Assembly: GCA_048213135.1 (NCBI GenBank)
Contig: PS015023.1
Span: forward strand, 174,314 to 202,219
Source: Reclinomonas americana ATCC 50394
Lineage: Eukaryota
Reading direction: 5' to 3'
DNA length: 27,906 nt
A program made the translations under genes and the position numbers. The notes beneath the pieces were generated by a model. That model made no database searches. It worked only from the letters and a program-made list of their open reading frames with translations, and was not told where the DNA came from. Positions 1 through 14,449 of the stretch are shown piece by piece; within the stretch, counting starts at the first letter, position 1; every line of letters begins with the position of its first letter.

Positions 1-1
1 C

Positions 2-1826
2 TCAAGCCGCGCCAACTTGAATGGCGAAGAAGAGGTTGGAGTCGGGCTGCGCCTGCACCGTCGTGTACACGCAGCCGGAGCCGCAGCGACCCGGCGCCTG
101 CAGCATCTGAAACACCTCGGTCTCGTCGCCAAGGCGCTCGGCCAGCGATTCCGGACGCGGCGCGTGAGCCGGGCGGCGATCGTAGACGCCATTCGACTTG
201 CGCGAGCCGTGCACGAATTGCGGCGTGTTGAGGTGGATCGAGTGGGTGAGCATCTCCGACCACAGGCTCAGCTTGAAGTGGAACTTGGGCGCGTACACCA
301 GCTTGCGGCTCTGGCCATTGGCCGAGGCGCGCTTCTTCGGTCCGTCCTTCTTGCACTTGAGTTGGTAGTGCATCTCCACAATGACAAAGTCGTCCTTGGA
401 GTCGGCCGGGTTGAGCGTGTCGACCGTGATCGACATGGCGGTCTTGATGAACTGGATGTCGGGGTACACCAGCTCGCCCGACGGCGACATCTCCAGGAAG
501 TCGTGACCATTGTGCGAGAACAGCTCCAGGTCGGCGTTCCAATCGACGTAGCGCGCGTGCGGCACGCGGAACACGAATTTGTAGCGGAGCTTGGCATTGT
601 CTGTGTGGGAGGGAGAGAAAGAGTGAGATCAAGGGGAAGGGGAGAACAATAAGGAACAAGTGAGAGGAAAACTCACCAGGACCGAGGACCTCGGGGAAAC
701 CAGGCAACCAGGCGCCGCGCTGTGTGCTCTCGAGCACCACAAACGTCAGCGCATGCGGCTGCAGCGACTGGCGAATGGCGTGGCACAAGTCGGCCGGTGG
801 CGTGCCAGCGTCTTGCGGCGCATACGGCATCTGCTCCAGCTCATCCTCCGTCGGCGCCACACGGAAAGTCTCCGGCAGACGCGACGACAGGCCACTGGCG
901 CCCACCATCGACGGCGTCATGTCGGCCGAAGCCGAGTAGTTGTACGACAACTCGCGCTTGATCTGTTGCTGCTGCTGCGGCACGGCGGCAGTCTCCTGCA
1001 GCTGCTGCATTTGCTGCAAGTGACGCGCCTGTTGCAAGTAGAACACCGCGGCCTTGAGCACCTCGGGCGTGAGTCCGGCCACACCAGCCGCCGCGGCAGC
1101 AGCGGACGGCGACATGGGCGAGCCAGCAGCCGACGACGGCAAGTAGGCGGACACTGGAGCCGGCTGCGGCACCGGCGGCATCGCGTACTGCATGGCGTAC
1201 TGCGGCGGCGCCATAAACACCGACGGCTGCGCGTAGTACGGCGACGGTTCCGGTTCGAAAGCGGGCGCCGGCATCGCGGAGCACGCCATAAACTGCGGGA
1301 ACGGGAGAATTTGAGCATTCGGAGTTGCTCGCTCGCGACGCCGCGGCGCGGGAATTTCTTACTGCAACGCAACTGCTTGCTCCTCTTCGGCCTCGTCAAA
1401 CGCCACTCCATCAAGATGACCGCCGGTCTCCGAGTCGGCCGCACCCGGCTGCCCGCTCATGTACGACAAGGGCATCATGAACGACGGGGCAGAGGCAGTG
1501 GCGGCTGCGGAGGCGTCGTCCCAAGCCGATTCATCACCGCCATCCCACATGTCCACGTCGCCGTCGCCCATCTCCACGAGAGCAGACGACTCGGCGAATG
1601 ATGCCACGTGGCTGGTGGGCATGGAGGGGCCGCCGTGCGCGCCACCACCAAAGGAATCGTCGTGGTGACCGTTGAACGGTTCGAGGTATTCGCCGGCGAC
1701 AGGCGCTGTGTGTGCACAAATAGATGAGAAGGCGATGCACACAGCGCCGGTGACGCGTTACACAAAGGAGGCGCAACTGATGGGTGGCTCCCACTGGAAG
1801 CGATCAGAGGTGAAGCGGTGGAACAT
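2..1826 (-). CDS. Uncharacterised protein: acidic/Pro/Gln-rich N-terminus plus a ~230 aa beta-rich C-terminal domain; possible p53/NDT80-like (Ig-fold) transcription factor
   Basis: Spliced model: ATG 1826; introns 1706-1777, 1293-1373 and 601-676 give one open frame MFHRFTSDRFQWEPPITPVAGEY...PDNAKLRYKFVFRVPHARY...QVGAA*. The 3' end is at the window edge and may continue. Function is inferred only from composition and motif spacing. Confidence 0.6.
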
Positions 1827-2153
1827 TCAGAGAGAGTGTGTGTGTTTTGTTGGAGAGTTGGTGCGCGCGCGCGAACGATGCGAATGAAGTTTGATTGACT
1901 GGAATTTTCGGAGCCTGACTATTTATACCCCCGATCGCCGCGTGTGATTTTGAACCGCACGATTTGCGTTGCACATTCGGCGCAGGTTCACATTGTTCAC
2001 CACTGTTGGCGCGAGTCGGCTTTGGCAGACAACAGACGGGATGGAGTATGGCTGTCAGTGCTGCCGGAATTTATTTCGTGCCGCTGCAGTGCAATGCAGC
2101 GCGACGTGCGTGTGCAACTGATGCACCGGCCGATATTTCTTCCGCGCGCTCCT

Positions 2154-5953
<3,800 letters not shown>

Positions 5954-6327
5954 CTGTTGTGTGAGAGACAACTCGAACAATGAGATCGGAGAATCTCTCA
6001 CTTTGAAGCTCGCAGAGAGGCAGAGTGAGCAACATGATGAAAGAACAGCAGATGACAGACAACACGCGCGCGAGAGAGAGAGTGACACAACACGGCAAAG
6101 GCGTGCAACATTTCACGGCCATGGCACTTTTGTCACCGGAAAAAATACAACATGCAAGCATGCAAGTGCACAGAGAGCGCGCGCAACACACACAGCACAT
6201 ATAGAGAGCGAGAGAGACGAGTGTGCCACACCTCCATGATCGCAAACGAAAGTAACTAGAGGGACAACCGCGCTCGCGCCACCGGTACTGTCCCTTCTCT
6301 GTGTGTGTGAGAGCGCGTGTCTTCCCA

Positions 6328-7841
6328 ATGGACTCGTTGTGCGTCTCGCAAACGCCGCCTCTGCTGCTGCTGCTTGCTGCATGTGGCTGACACACACACG
6401 CAAAACACGCACACTTTTTGGTGTTGTTGTTTGTTGTTGTTGTTGTGCATCATGCCATCTCCCAAACGTGCAGACGCGAACTCAACAAGGTACTGTTGTG
6501 CATGATGCCACAAGAGTGTCTACTCGTGTTGGGCACTGACAGTGTGTGTGGCGCACAGACTGCTGCGGAGCGAATTCGTGAAAAATTGCAACGGCGACAA
6601 CAAGGACGCGAGCGACTTGCACACACAAGGTCAGTCTCTCCCTCCACTCCTTCGCCTCCTTCCACACCGAGACAAGAGATAGCTATGATGTTATTAGCTT
6701 TAAATGACGAGATCGATATGGCGTGGAGCGCGCTTGTTGGGCCGCCGTGTGGTGATCACATGACTCGCGTTCTGCGTGGCTGCTGATTGCTGCACGTGTG
6801 GTCTCTTGCGGTCTGCTCCACTTGTCAGATGTCGAACACCTTAAGCACTGAGCAAACAAAAAGAAACAATCGATGTTTTTCAGATGGTGGCATCGGATGA
6901 TTGACTTGCGCTTCGCTTGCAGTGCGGTGCAGACGGCGGAGAGTCGTCGCAAGTTTGAGGCGGAGGAGTCGGCGCTGGACGACGACATTCGGCATCTGCG
7001 GCGGCATGAGCGCAAGCGCAGTGCATCACGTTCTCGGTCGCCACCACCATCGCGCGCCAGAAAGGAGGCCGAGGATGACGAGAAACCGCGCGTCAAGAGA
7101 CCAAAGGTCGTACTGCCCAAGTACGATCCGAAGAGCGATGCTCGTGGACGTGGAACGGGGCATGGATGGGAGCGCTTTGATTGTTGCGTGCGTGTGCTCG
7201 CGTCAATCACAAGTCCTTGGCGCTCACTTCTTGCTGTGTTCTCCACAGTGTCGCATGCCTTCACTGCCGACGAACTGGAGGTGACAGCGGCCTCGCGGTT
7301 ATCGTCATCCAAGACTGCCACCTCCTCCGCTTCCTCCTCCGGCGGCGTCTCCACTGGCGACATTGCGCGTCGTGCGGCGCTGCTGGCAGCCATTGAGGAC
7401 GAATCGTCGGCCAGCATTGAAGGCAGTGCTCGTTGCGTTGTCGCTGCCCCTCCTCGATACTCGCAAGTCACAATGCTGACGTCTCCTGTCACCCTCGCAG
7501 ATCACCGACACTTCCAGGCAGCACCGGCTGATGTTGTGCAAGATCGGCGCTCCGTCGACGACTCGCACTTTGCCGCCATCTTTGGCACCGCCGGCTTGGA
7601 GACGCTGGCGCACATGCGTGAACCGGCCTCGCGTCTGGTCGTCGACAAGCGCGGTTTCGCCGCTGCTGTTCCTCCACCACCTCCACCTCCATCATCGTCA
7701 TCATCATTATCAGCAGCAGGAGCAGGAGCAGGAGCAGGGGGTGGCGACCTCGCGGCCGAGGGCCTGGTGTCGCAGGCGGGCGGTTGGAAGGCCAAGAGGA
7801 AACAAATGCTGCAGCAGCGTGAGGCTGGCGGTGGAGAATGA
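6328..7841 (+). CDS. Conserved hypothetical protein with an RS/charged segment and GWERFD...H..AIFG motifs
   Basis: Model MDSL|RELNK|TAAERIREKLQ...|SAVQTAESRRKFE...RSASRSRSPPP...GHGWERFD|LSHAF...HFAAIFG...GGWKAKRKQ. Introns at about 6339-6473, 6490-6558, 6630-6922, 7183-7248 and 7432-7500; the last two are in frame and inferred from splice signals. The 5' exons are tentative. Confidence 0.65.
6681..6791 (+). ncRNA. Probable intronic box C/D snoRNA, SNORD44(U44)-like guide for 18S rRNA 2'-O-methylation
   Basis: Lies in the unusually long 293 nt intron. C-like box ATGATGT 6685-6691; guide TATTAGCTTTA 6692-6702, antisense (one G-U) to the conserved 18S sequence UAGAGCUAAUA; D' ATGA 6704-6707; internal stem ATATGGCG/CGCCGTGT; C' GTGATCA 6752-6758; D box CTGA 6783-6786; short AGC/GCT terminal stem. 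Confidence 0.6.
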
Positions 7842-7938
7842 ACGCAATGCTTTGTTACACAATCAGCGCGATATATATCCAGGAAGAGTGAAGAAGGGAA
7901 GGGAAGGAGAGAGAAAGAAAGACCATTATCCAACACCA

Positions 7939-8569
7939 TCACGGTGGAAAGGCGGCCGCCAGCTGCTGCCGCAAGTCCTCGACAATCGGCATCATTTGCT
8001 CGTCGGCCTTGGACATGTCGACAGTCTCCAATGACGCACCGTGCATCTCCGTAAAGAACGCCAGCAACTGGAGCACCAGTGAGGGACCGCGAAGAGACAC
8101 ACACGGATGAGACAGAGAGACGCAACATGATCGCCCACATCGTAACAACTAAAGAGACTCCTTGTGCCCTTGACATGTATCACTGGGCATCCCCGTTGGC
8201 CAACCACAGATGCTACTCACATGCAAACAGTGAGAACAAAGGCTGCACACACACACACTTCTCTCTCATTGCACGCACGAACCAAACTGCAACGCCGATC
8301 GCTTCAATGATGAGATTAGTGTAAACAGATCGTCGTCTGGCATGTGCTCGGAGGCATTCTTGACACTGTGTGTGCATGCAGACAGAAGAGATGAGTTATT
8401 GTCTCGAGTCTCTCTCAAACACACACACACGCAACATGACTCGTCCATCACCCGCCATGATCACCGACACCTTGGTGCCGGGGAACACAGTGGGAATGGA
8501 GTCCAGCTTGCGTCGGAGCAGCTCGACACCACGCGGTGCTGCTCGTTCGCGACAACATGACCCACCCAT
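7939..8569 (-). CDS. Small (~140 aa) Roadblock/LC7(MglB)-like protein with an N-terminal MGGSCC acylation motif
   Basis: Four exons join in frame: MGGSCCRE...LDSIPTVFPGTKVSVIMAGDGRV|IVKNASE...ISSLKRSALQF|ASVVGQRGCPVIHVKGTRSLFSCYDVGDH|LLAFFTE...IVEDLRQQLAAAFPP*. The alpha-beta-beta-alpha-beta-beta-beta-alpha pattern and 'PG...V...DG' fit a Roadblock fold. Confidence 0.7.
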
Positions 8570-8662
8570 TCGCAATGCATGCCCGCAGGACACCGCACAC
8601 CGTCGTTCTTTTTCATTCCTCCCTCCCTCCCTCTCCCGGTCCCTCATCAAGTTGCGTTTTTT

Positions 8663-10285
8663 TCAGCGCCACCGCTTGGCCTCGGCAATGCGCCGCGCCG
8701 CCTCCTCCTCAATGCCGCTGGAGGCATACGAGTAGACCTTGACGTGACCGTGCTTGTAGTCGGCCACCATGATCTCGGCGGCGCCGTCGCCGTTCACGTC
8801 CTTGGCCAGGGCGTAGCCGACGGTGCCACCGGTTGTGCACAACACGTTGGTGTCGTAGGTCCAGTCGGAGGGATCCTCGGAGCGCGGCACCAGAATGTAG
8901 GCCGACTCGCTGCCGTCGCCCGACAGCACCACCCACGGCTTGGTGCGTCCGGCCATGGAGGCGTGCGGGAAGAAGGCCTGCGCGTTGCCGGGCGCCGCCT
9001 GTCCGGGACCAGGCACCAGCACCTTGAAGCCGCCTGTGGATGATACACAGAGTTGTGAGGAAACCGGTCACATATAAAATGTACACTGCACAATGCTGGC
9101 TGGAGCGACGCGCAACTGGCAATGGTGTGTCGCACCCACGAGGAGGGCTTGCGCGGGTCGGCGGAGCGCGACGTGTACTGGTACACAAAGACGGCGCTCT
9201 TGCTAATGTCGTTGACGTGGTTGGTGACCAGCATGTCGAGCAGGCCGTCGCCGTTCATGTCGGCAAACTTGACGCCGAACAAATCACCGGCCTGATCATC
9301 AATCACAGTGTACGCCACGCCCGACGGGTTCGCCAACCACGACAACCCGGTGGCGTTGGCCGCCGACGGCGACGCGTAGTACATGACCAGCTTGGCGTTG
9401 AAGAAGACCGAGGCGGCGATCAGCAGCGATCCGGTGCCCTGCGGGTCGGCCACATCGAAAAAGATGTCGGGCGACACGCTCTTGTCGCTCGTCAGCACAT
9501 GCTCCTGCCACGTCTGCGTGTACGAGCCCGGGTTCTCCAGCCACAAGAACTCACCGCCGGCCGAGCCAATCAGCACCGGCTTGGTCGCACGCGCCGTGAC
9601 AATGTCCAGCAGCCCGTCGCCATTCACATCGGAAAAGTACGCCTGGTGGAAAAAGTAGCCCGAACGATCCGTGGTCAGCTTGTGCGCCGAGAACGACGAG
9701 GAGCCACTGCCGGCCGGCACCAGCGCCGTAATGGCACCGGTGGTGTGTCCGGGGACGAGGAAACCACCGGGCACGATCACGGTCTGCCCGGCGGGGTCGG
9801 GAGTCACCAGATTCGGCCAGTTGATCGACGCGTCAATGGCGGTGGTGGTGATGCCGGCCACGTTGTGCAGCTGCGCGCCAAAGTTGTCCACGGCAAACAC
9901 CTTGCCTGTGCGCGCACACATGGCCAATGAGCAGCAGCGCGACAGAGCAAAAAAAAGGGGGGTCTGTGACTGACCAGACACGAGGGGGTCGCCGGAGAAT
10001 GACGACAACAGGAGCGTGTCATTGCGCCCGGCCGCTGTGCCATGCACAATGAAGCTCACATCGGGCGCAGTCGTGATGTCGCCCAGATAGCCCGGCTGCC
10101 ACGCATTGTCAGCGAACTCCACGTGCACCACTGATGCACGCACAATGTCAGTGACAGGTGCAAGGGAGCGAGCAAGGAAGTGGCGCGAGTGGCTCACCAG
10201 AGAGCGATCGGCGACGAGTGGCCGCCTGTGTGCACACAGCAACAGCAAGCAGTGCAAGCAGCAGAAGAAGCGCAAGACTCCGCAT
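8663..10285 (-). CDS. Secreted FG-GAP/VCBS-repeat beta-propeller protein
   Basis: Signal peptide MRSLALLLLLALLAVAVC; repeats DVNGDGLLDIV, DMNGDGLLDML, DVNGDGAAEIM; WLENPG motif; 3 introns, the last at 9034-9116. Confidence 0.85.
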
Positions 10286-10370
10286 TCTTATGTCGAGAAA
10301 TCTATGGTTTGTTGGACAGCAGCGTGACTCACCCGTGCAATTGTCTTTCACTTTTAAATCATCGTCGATC

Positions 10371-10984
10371 ATGGGCCGTGGACGCAAGCGAGTGGCGGAG
10401 GAAGAGCTTCAGCGCGCCGAGGACGAGACAAAGCGCGGGCGTCTCTCTGGCAAGCAATCGCTGAAGTTGGCGTCGCGACAGACGGCTGCTGCTCAGCGTG
10501 GAGAGGAGCGCGATGAGGAGGATGGGAGTGATGAGGAGAATGGTGGTGGTGCGTCGGGGTCCATGTCCAAGGTGGCGGCGGCTGCGGCGGCTGTAAAGGC
10601 GGCGTCGGCGGTGATGGGCGGCAAGAAGGTGGTGTATCGGAACAAGAAGAAGACGGTGAGTGCGTGCGTGTGCGTGTGTGTGCGCGGAGGAGAAGGAAGC
10701 AGGGAGAGAAGAGAAAGCGTGGCAAGCAAGGAGAGACAGAGCGCGCGCGCGTGTGTTTTTGTGTTGCGGGGCATGTGCACATTCACATCACCGCCGCCGA
10801 CGACGACCACCGTCACTCAACGCGTTCTTCTCTTCTCTTATTGGTGTTTGTTTGTGTGTAGTTGGTGCTCTCCAACCGATCGATTACGACGCGGTACCGG
10901 CATATGCTGTCGGACTTGGTGTCGCTGATGCCGCATGCGAAGAAGGATGCCAAGTTGGATTCCAAGGTGAGGCGCGCGTGAGAG

Positions 10985-11022
<38 letters not shown>

Positions 11023-12995
11023 TGTGCAGGACGAGAGAGATGCAGGCAACGCAGGTGTTGCTGCAATCAGTCAGTCTTGCAGTCTTGATCTTGCAATCAA
11101 AGCTCAGGTCTCTTCATTTTCTGCGACTCGTGTGATCTGCTCCCACACTGTGTGCATCAACGCTGTCTCCACCTCTGATCTCCCTTGCATCCCCNNNNNN
11201 NNNNNNNNNNNNNNNNNNNNNNNNNNNNNNNNNNNNNNNNNNNNNNNNNNNNNNNNNNNNNNNNNNNNNNNNNNNNNNNNNNNNNNNNNNNNNNNNNNNN
11301 NNNNNNNNNNNNNNNNNNNNNNNNNNNNNNNNNNNNNNNNNNNNNNNNNNNNNNNNNNNNNNNNNNNNNNNNNNNNNNNNNNNNNNNNNNNNNNNNNNNN
11401 NNNNNNNNNNNNNNNNNNNNNNNNNNNNNNNNNNNNNNNNNNNNNNNNNNNNNNNNNNNNNNNNNNNNNNNNNNNNNNNNNNNNNNNNNNNNNNNNNNNN
11501 NNNNNNNNNNNNNNNNNNNNNNNNNNNNNNNNNNNNNNNNNNNNNNNNNNNNNNNNNNNNNNNNNNNNNNNNNNNNNNNNNNNNNNNNNNNNNNNNNNNN
11601 NNNNNNNNNNNNNNNNNNNNNNNNNNNNNNNNNNNNNNNNNNNNNNNNNNNNNNNNNNNNNNNNNNNNNNNNNNNNNNNNNNNNNNNNNNNNNNNNNNNN
11701 NNNNNNNNNNNNNNNNNNNNNNNNNNNNNNNNNNNNNNNNNNNNNNNNNNNNNNNNNNNNNNNNNNNNNNNNNNNNNNNNNNNNNNNNNNNNNNNNNNNN
11801 NNNNNNNNNNNNNNNNNNNNNNNNNNNNNNNNNNNNNNNNNNNNNNNNNNNNNNNNNNNNNNNNNNNNNNNNNNNNNNNNNNNNNNNNNNNNNNNNNNNN
11901 NNNNNNNNNNNNNNNNNNNNNNNNNNNNNNNNNNNNNNNNNNNNNNNNNNNNNNNNNNNNNNNNNNNNNNNNNNNNNNNNNNNNNNNNNNNNNNNNNNNN
12001 NNNNNNNNNNNNNNNNNNNNNNNNNNNNNNNNNNNNNNNNNNNNNNNNNNNNNNNNNNNNNNNNNNNNNNNNNNNNNNNNNNNNNNNNNNNNNNNNNNNN
12101 NNNNNNNNNNNNNNNNNNNNNNNNNNNNNNNNNNNNNACTCTCCTCATCGCCCCCTCCCACGCAGGACGAGGTCAAAATGGTCACCGAGCTGTGCGAACT
12201 GCGCGGATGCAATGGCGCCGTGTTCTTCGAGGTCAGGAAACACCAGGACTTGTATCTGTGGGTGGCAAGAACACCTGCCGGTCCCTCGGTCAAGTTCCAC
12301 GTCGCGAATGGTGTGTGTGTGTGTGTGTGCATGCCCTTTTTCTCTGTTTTCTCTTTCCGCATGTTACTCACCACACCACCGCAGTGCACACGATGGAGGA
12401 GCTGAAGATGATTGGCAACTGCCTGAAGGGATCACGATCGCTGCTGCATTTCGATGCACCGTTCGACGCCGAGGACCAGCCGCACCTGCGCGTGATGAAG
12501 GAGCTCTTTACGCACGTGTTCAGTGTGCCTCTCGGACACCCCAAGTCCAAGCCCTTTATCGATCACATGCTGGCCTTCTTCCACGTCGACAATCGCATAT
12601 GGTTCCGCAACTACCAGGTTTGTGCCCACCACCACCATCTTCTACTACTCCACCACCACGCATGCACTTGGCTGACTGGTTTCTCTTTTGCGCAGCTGGT
12701 GGAGGACACCTCTGGCAAGCGCACCACGGGCGTGGAGCTGGTGGAGGTCGGTCCGCGCTTTGTCATGACACCGATCCGCGTGCTGGCCGGCAGCTTTTCG
12801 GGCACGGTGCTGTGGGACAATCCGAACTTTGTGTCGCCGAACGTGTCGCGCGCACAGGAGCGCAAGGCGGAGCAGGCCAAGTTTGTCAACAAGATGAAGT
12901 CGAAGAAGCGCAGCCAGATCAACGACTTGCTGAAGACGCTGCCGGGCGACGTGGCCGACGACGTGTACCTCAACCTGCCCATGGACGAGGATTAG
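10371..12995 (+). CDS. BRX1: Ribosome biogenesis protein BRX1 (Brix domain)
   Basis: Exons give RYRHMLSDLVSLMPHAKKDAK, FFEVRKHQDLYLW, GPSVKFHV, HTMEELKMIGNCLKGSR, HPKSKPFIDH, IWFRNYQ, LVEVGPRF and GSFSGTVLWDNP. Intron 2 contains the assembly gap. Confidence 0.95.
11195..12137. other. Assembly gap (run of N) within a BRX1 intron
   Basis: 943 consecutive N. The BRX1 exons on either side join in frame (DSK|DEV). Confidence 0.99.
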
Positions 12996-13059
12996 TGTGG
13001 GTGTCGCTCGTCATGAACGTCTCCCCCTCCCTCGTTGGCAATGACTTGTCGAAAGAGAT

Positions 13060-14326
13060 TCATTCCAATGCCGGTGTCGTCGTCGTCGTCGTCGTGGCAG
13101 CAGTTGCTGGGGGCTGGCGTTCTTCCAGGTGTTTTTCCATTTCGTACCAACCCGGCACGTTTTGTACCCAACTGCGGTGAAGCGTGAGCGGAAACAAGGA
13201 GGAGGAGGAGGAGGTGGACGGCTGACGCAACGTGAATGGTACGCAGAAACCACACCAGCGGCCCCACTTCCACGTTTCTGTGATTTCGAATCCGAAACGC
13301 TGGCACGCATGCTTCGTCAGCAAGAAGAAGAGGATGCATGCCACTCTCTCCCCATCCTCGCTCACCTCGTACAACTGCACCGCCCGACTGTTGGAGGCCA
13401 CATACAGCATCCTGCACGAAACAAAAAAAGGTCACACCCAAGCCTCCTTACCCGAGACGGCGAGCGCGCATCACGCAACATGTAGCCGCAGTTCCACTCG
13501 TCGGCCTTGGCCTGCGCCCACTCCAGCAAGCGAGTGCCGATGCCGCGGCCCTGTGCCCGCGGCTCGACGCACAGGAACTTGACGTAGCACTGGCCGACAT
13601 CGGGATCGTGCTCCCAGTTGTCGAGGCGCGTGGTGAAGCAACAGGCGGTCCAACAGCGCGAGCGACCGAGTGCACGCGCCGCTGGACCCACCGGCGTCCG
13701 TTCATTCCGCATACCGTGCGTCATCACCAGCGCAAAGCCCAGCAGCGATCCATCTGCCGGATCGCGCACAATGCCCAGCGTGCCCGGCGTGAAATTCCGA
13801 CGCAGATCCTCCGCCTCCCACCCGCCAGCCTCCTTGGCCGACAGCGACATGGCTGCATGCGCGATCGCCATTGTGAGTGGCAGGGAAGAGCCGCAAATAG
13901 TACCCTTGACTGCACACACACGAAGACGAACCTTGCCACTTGGGCTCAAAGAGTCGCGCCTGCAAGTCGGCCACCTCTGCATGCACACACCTGCGTGAGA
14001 GGAGGAGGAGAATGGAGCCCACACGCAGATGCAGAGATTCCATCCACACACCTGGCAGATCGTCGACTGTGCCATCGATAATCTGCACCTCCGCAGCGGC
14101 GCCACGCGTCTCACTCGCCACAGGTGCATCGACACTACCCACTGGTTCACTGTCCTCGCGATCCACTGCAGAGGAACGCGATGAGCAGCATGAAGGCGCC
14201 GGCATGAATGCATTGGTTGTCATGAACGTAACAGATCGCTGTCCGCTCGCCTCCATCGACGCCGTCCACATGCACAGCAGCCGCACTCACCACGTCATCG
14301 TTCACCGTCGTCGCCACCGTCGCCAT
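13060..14326 (-). CDS. GNAT-family acetyltransferase
   Basis: Motif A YVKFLCVEPRAQGRGIGTRLLEWA; motif B LYVASNSRAVQLYE|RFGF; LLGFALV upstream. Internal 5' exon boundaries are partly uncertain. Confidence 0.88.
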
Positions 14327-14449
14327 TCCTTCGCACAAGAGAGCCTAATTAAGGATTCCTGACAAACAGGACAAGTCGCGAACTCCGTGTCCTCTGAACT
14401 CCGCTTTCTTTTCGCCTCGCGTGTGCGAGAGAGCGTTGTTCGGTGGACG

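Noticed and set aside
1293-1373. In-frame TAA (1359-1361), suggesting stop-codon reassignment or readthrough
   Set aside because: A phase-0 intron with a GTTGCG donor removes it. TAA, TAG and TGA all act as real stops elsewhere in the window (2154, 12993, 17010).
660-1601. Long ORFs antisense to real genes (e.g. 660-1601 +, 9040-9930 +, 14749-15849 -) and ORFs through N or GT runs
   Set aside because: These are shadows of GC-rich coding strands or low-complexity artefacts with no recognisable protein features.
11040-11192. Short inverted repeat (GATGCAGG/CTTGCATC) flanking ~150 bp next to the gap: possible MITE or ncRNA
   Set aside because: The repeat is short and imperfect, with no clear target-site duplication or box motifs, and the context is cut by the gap.
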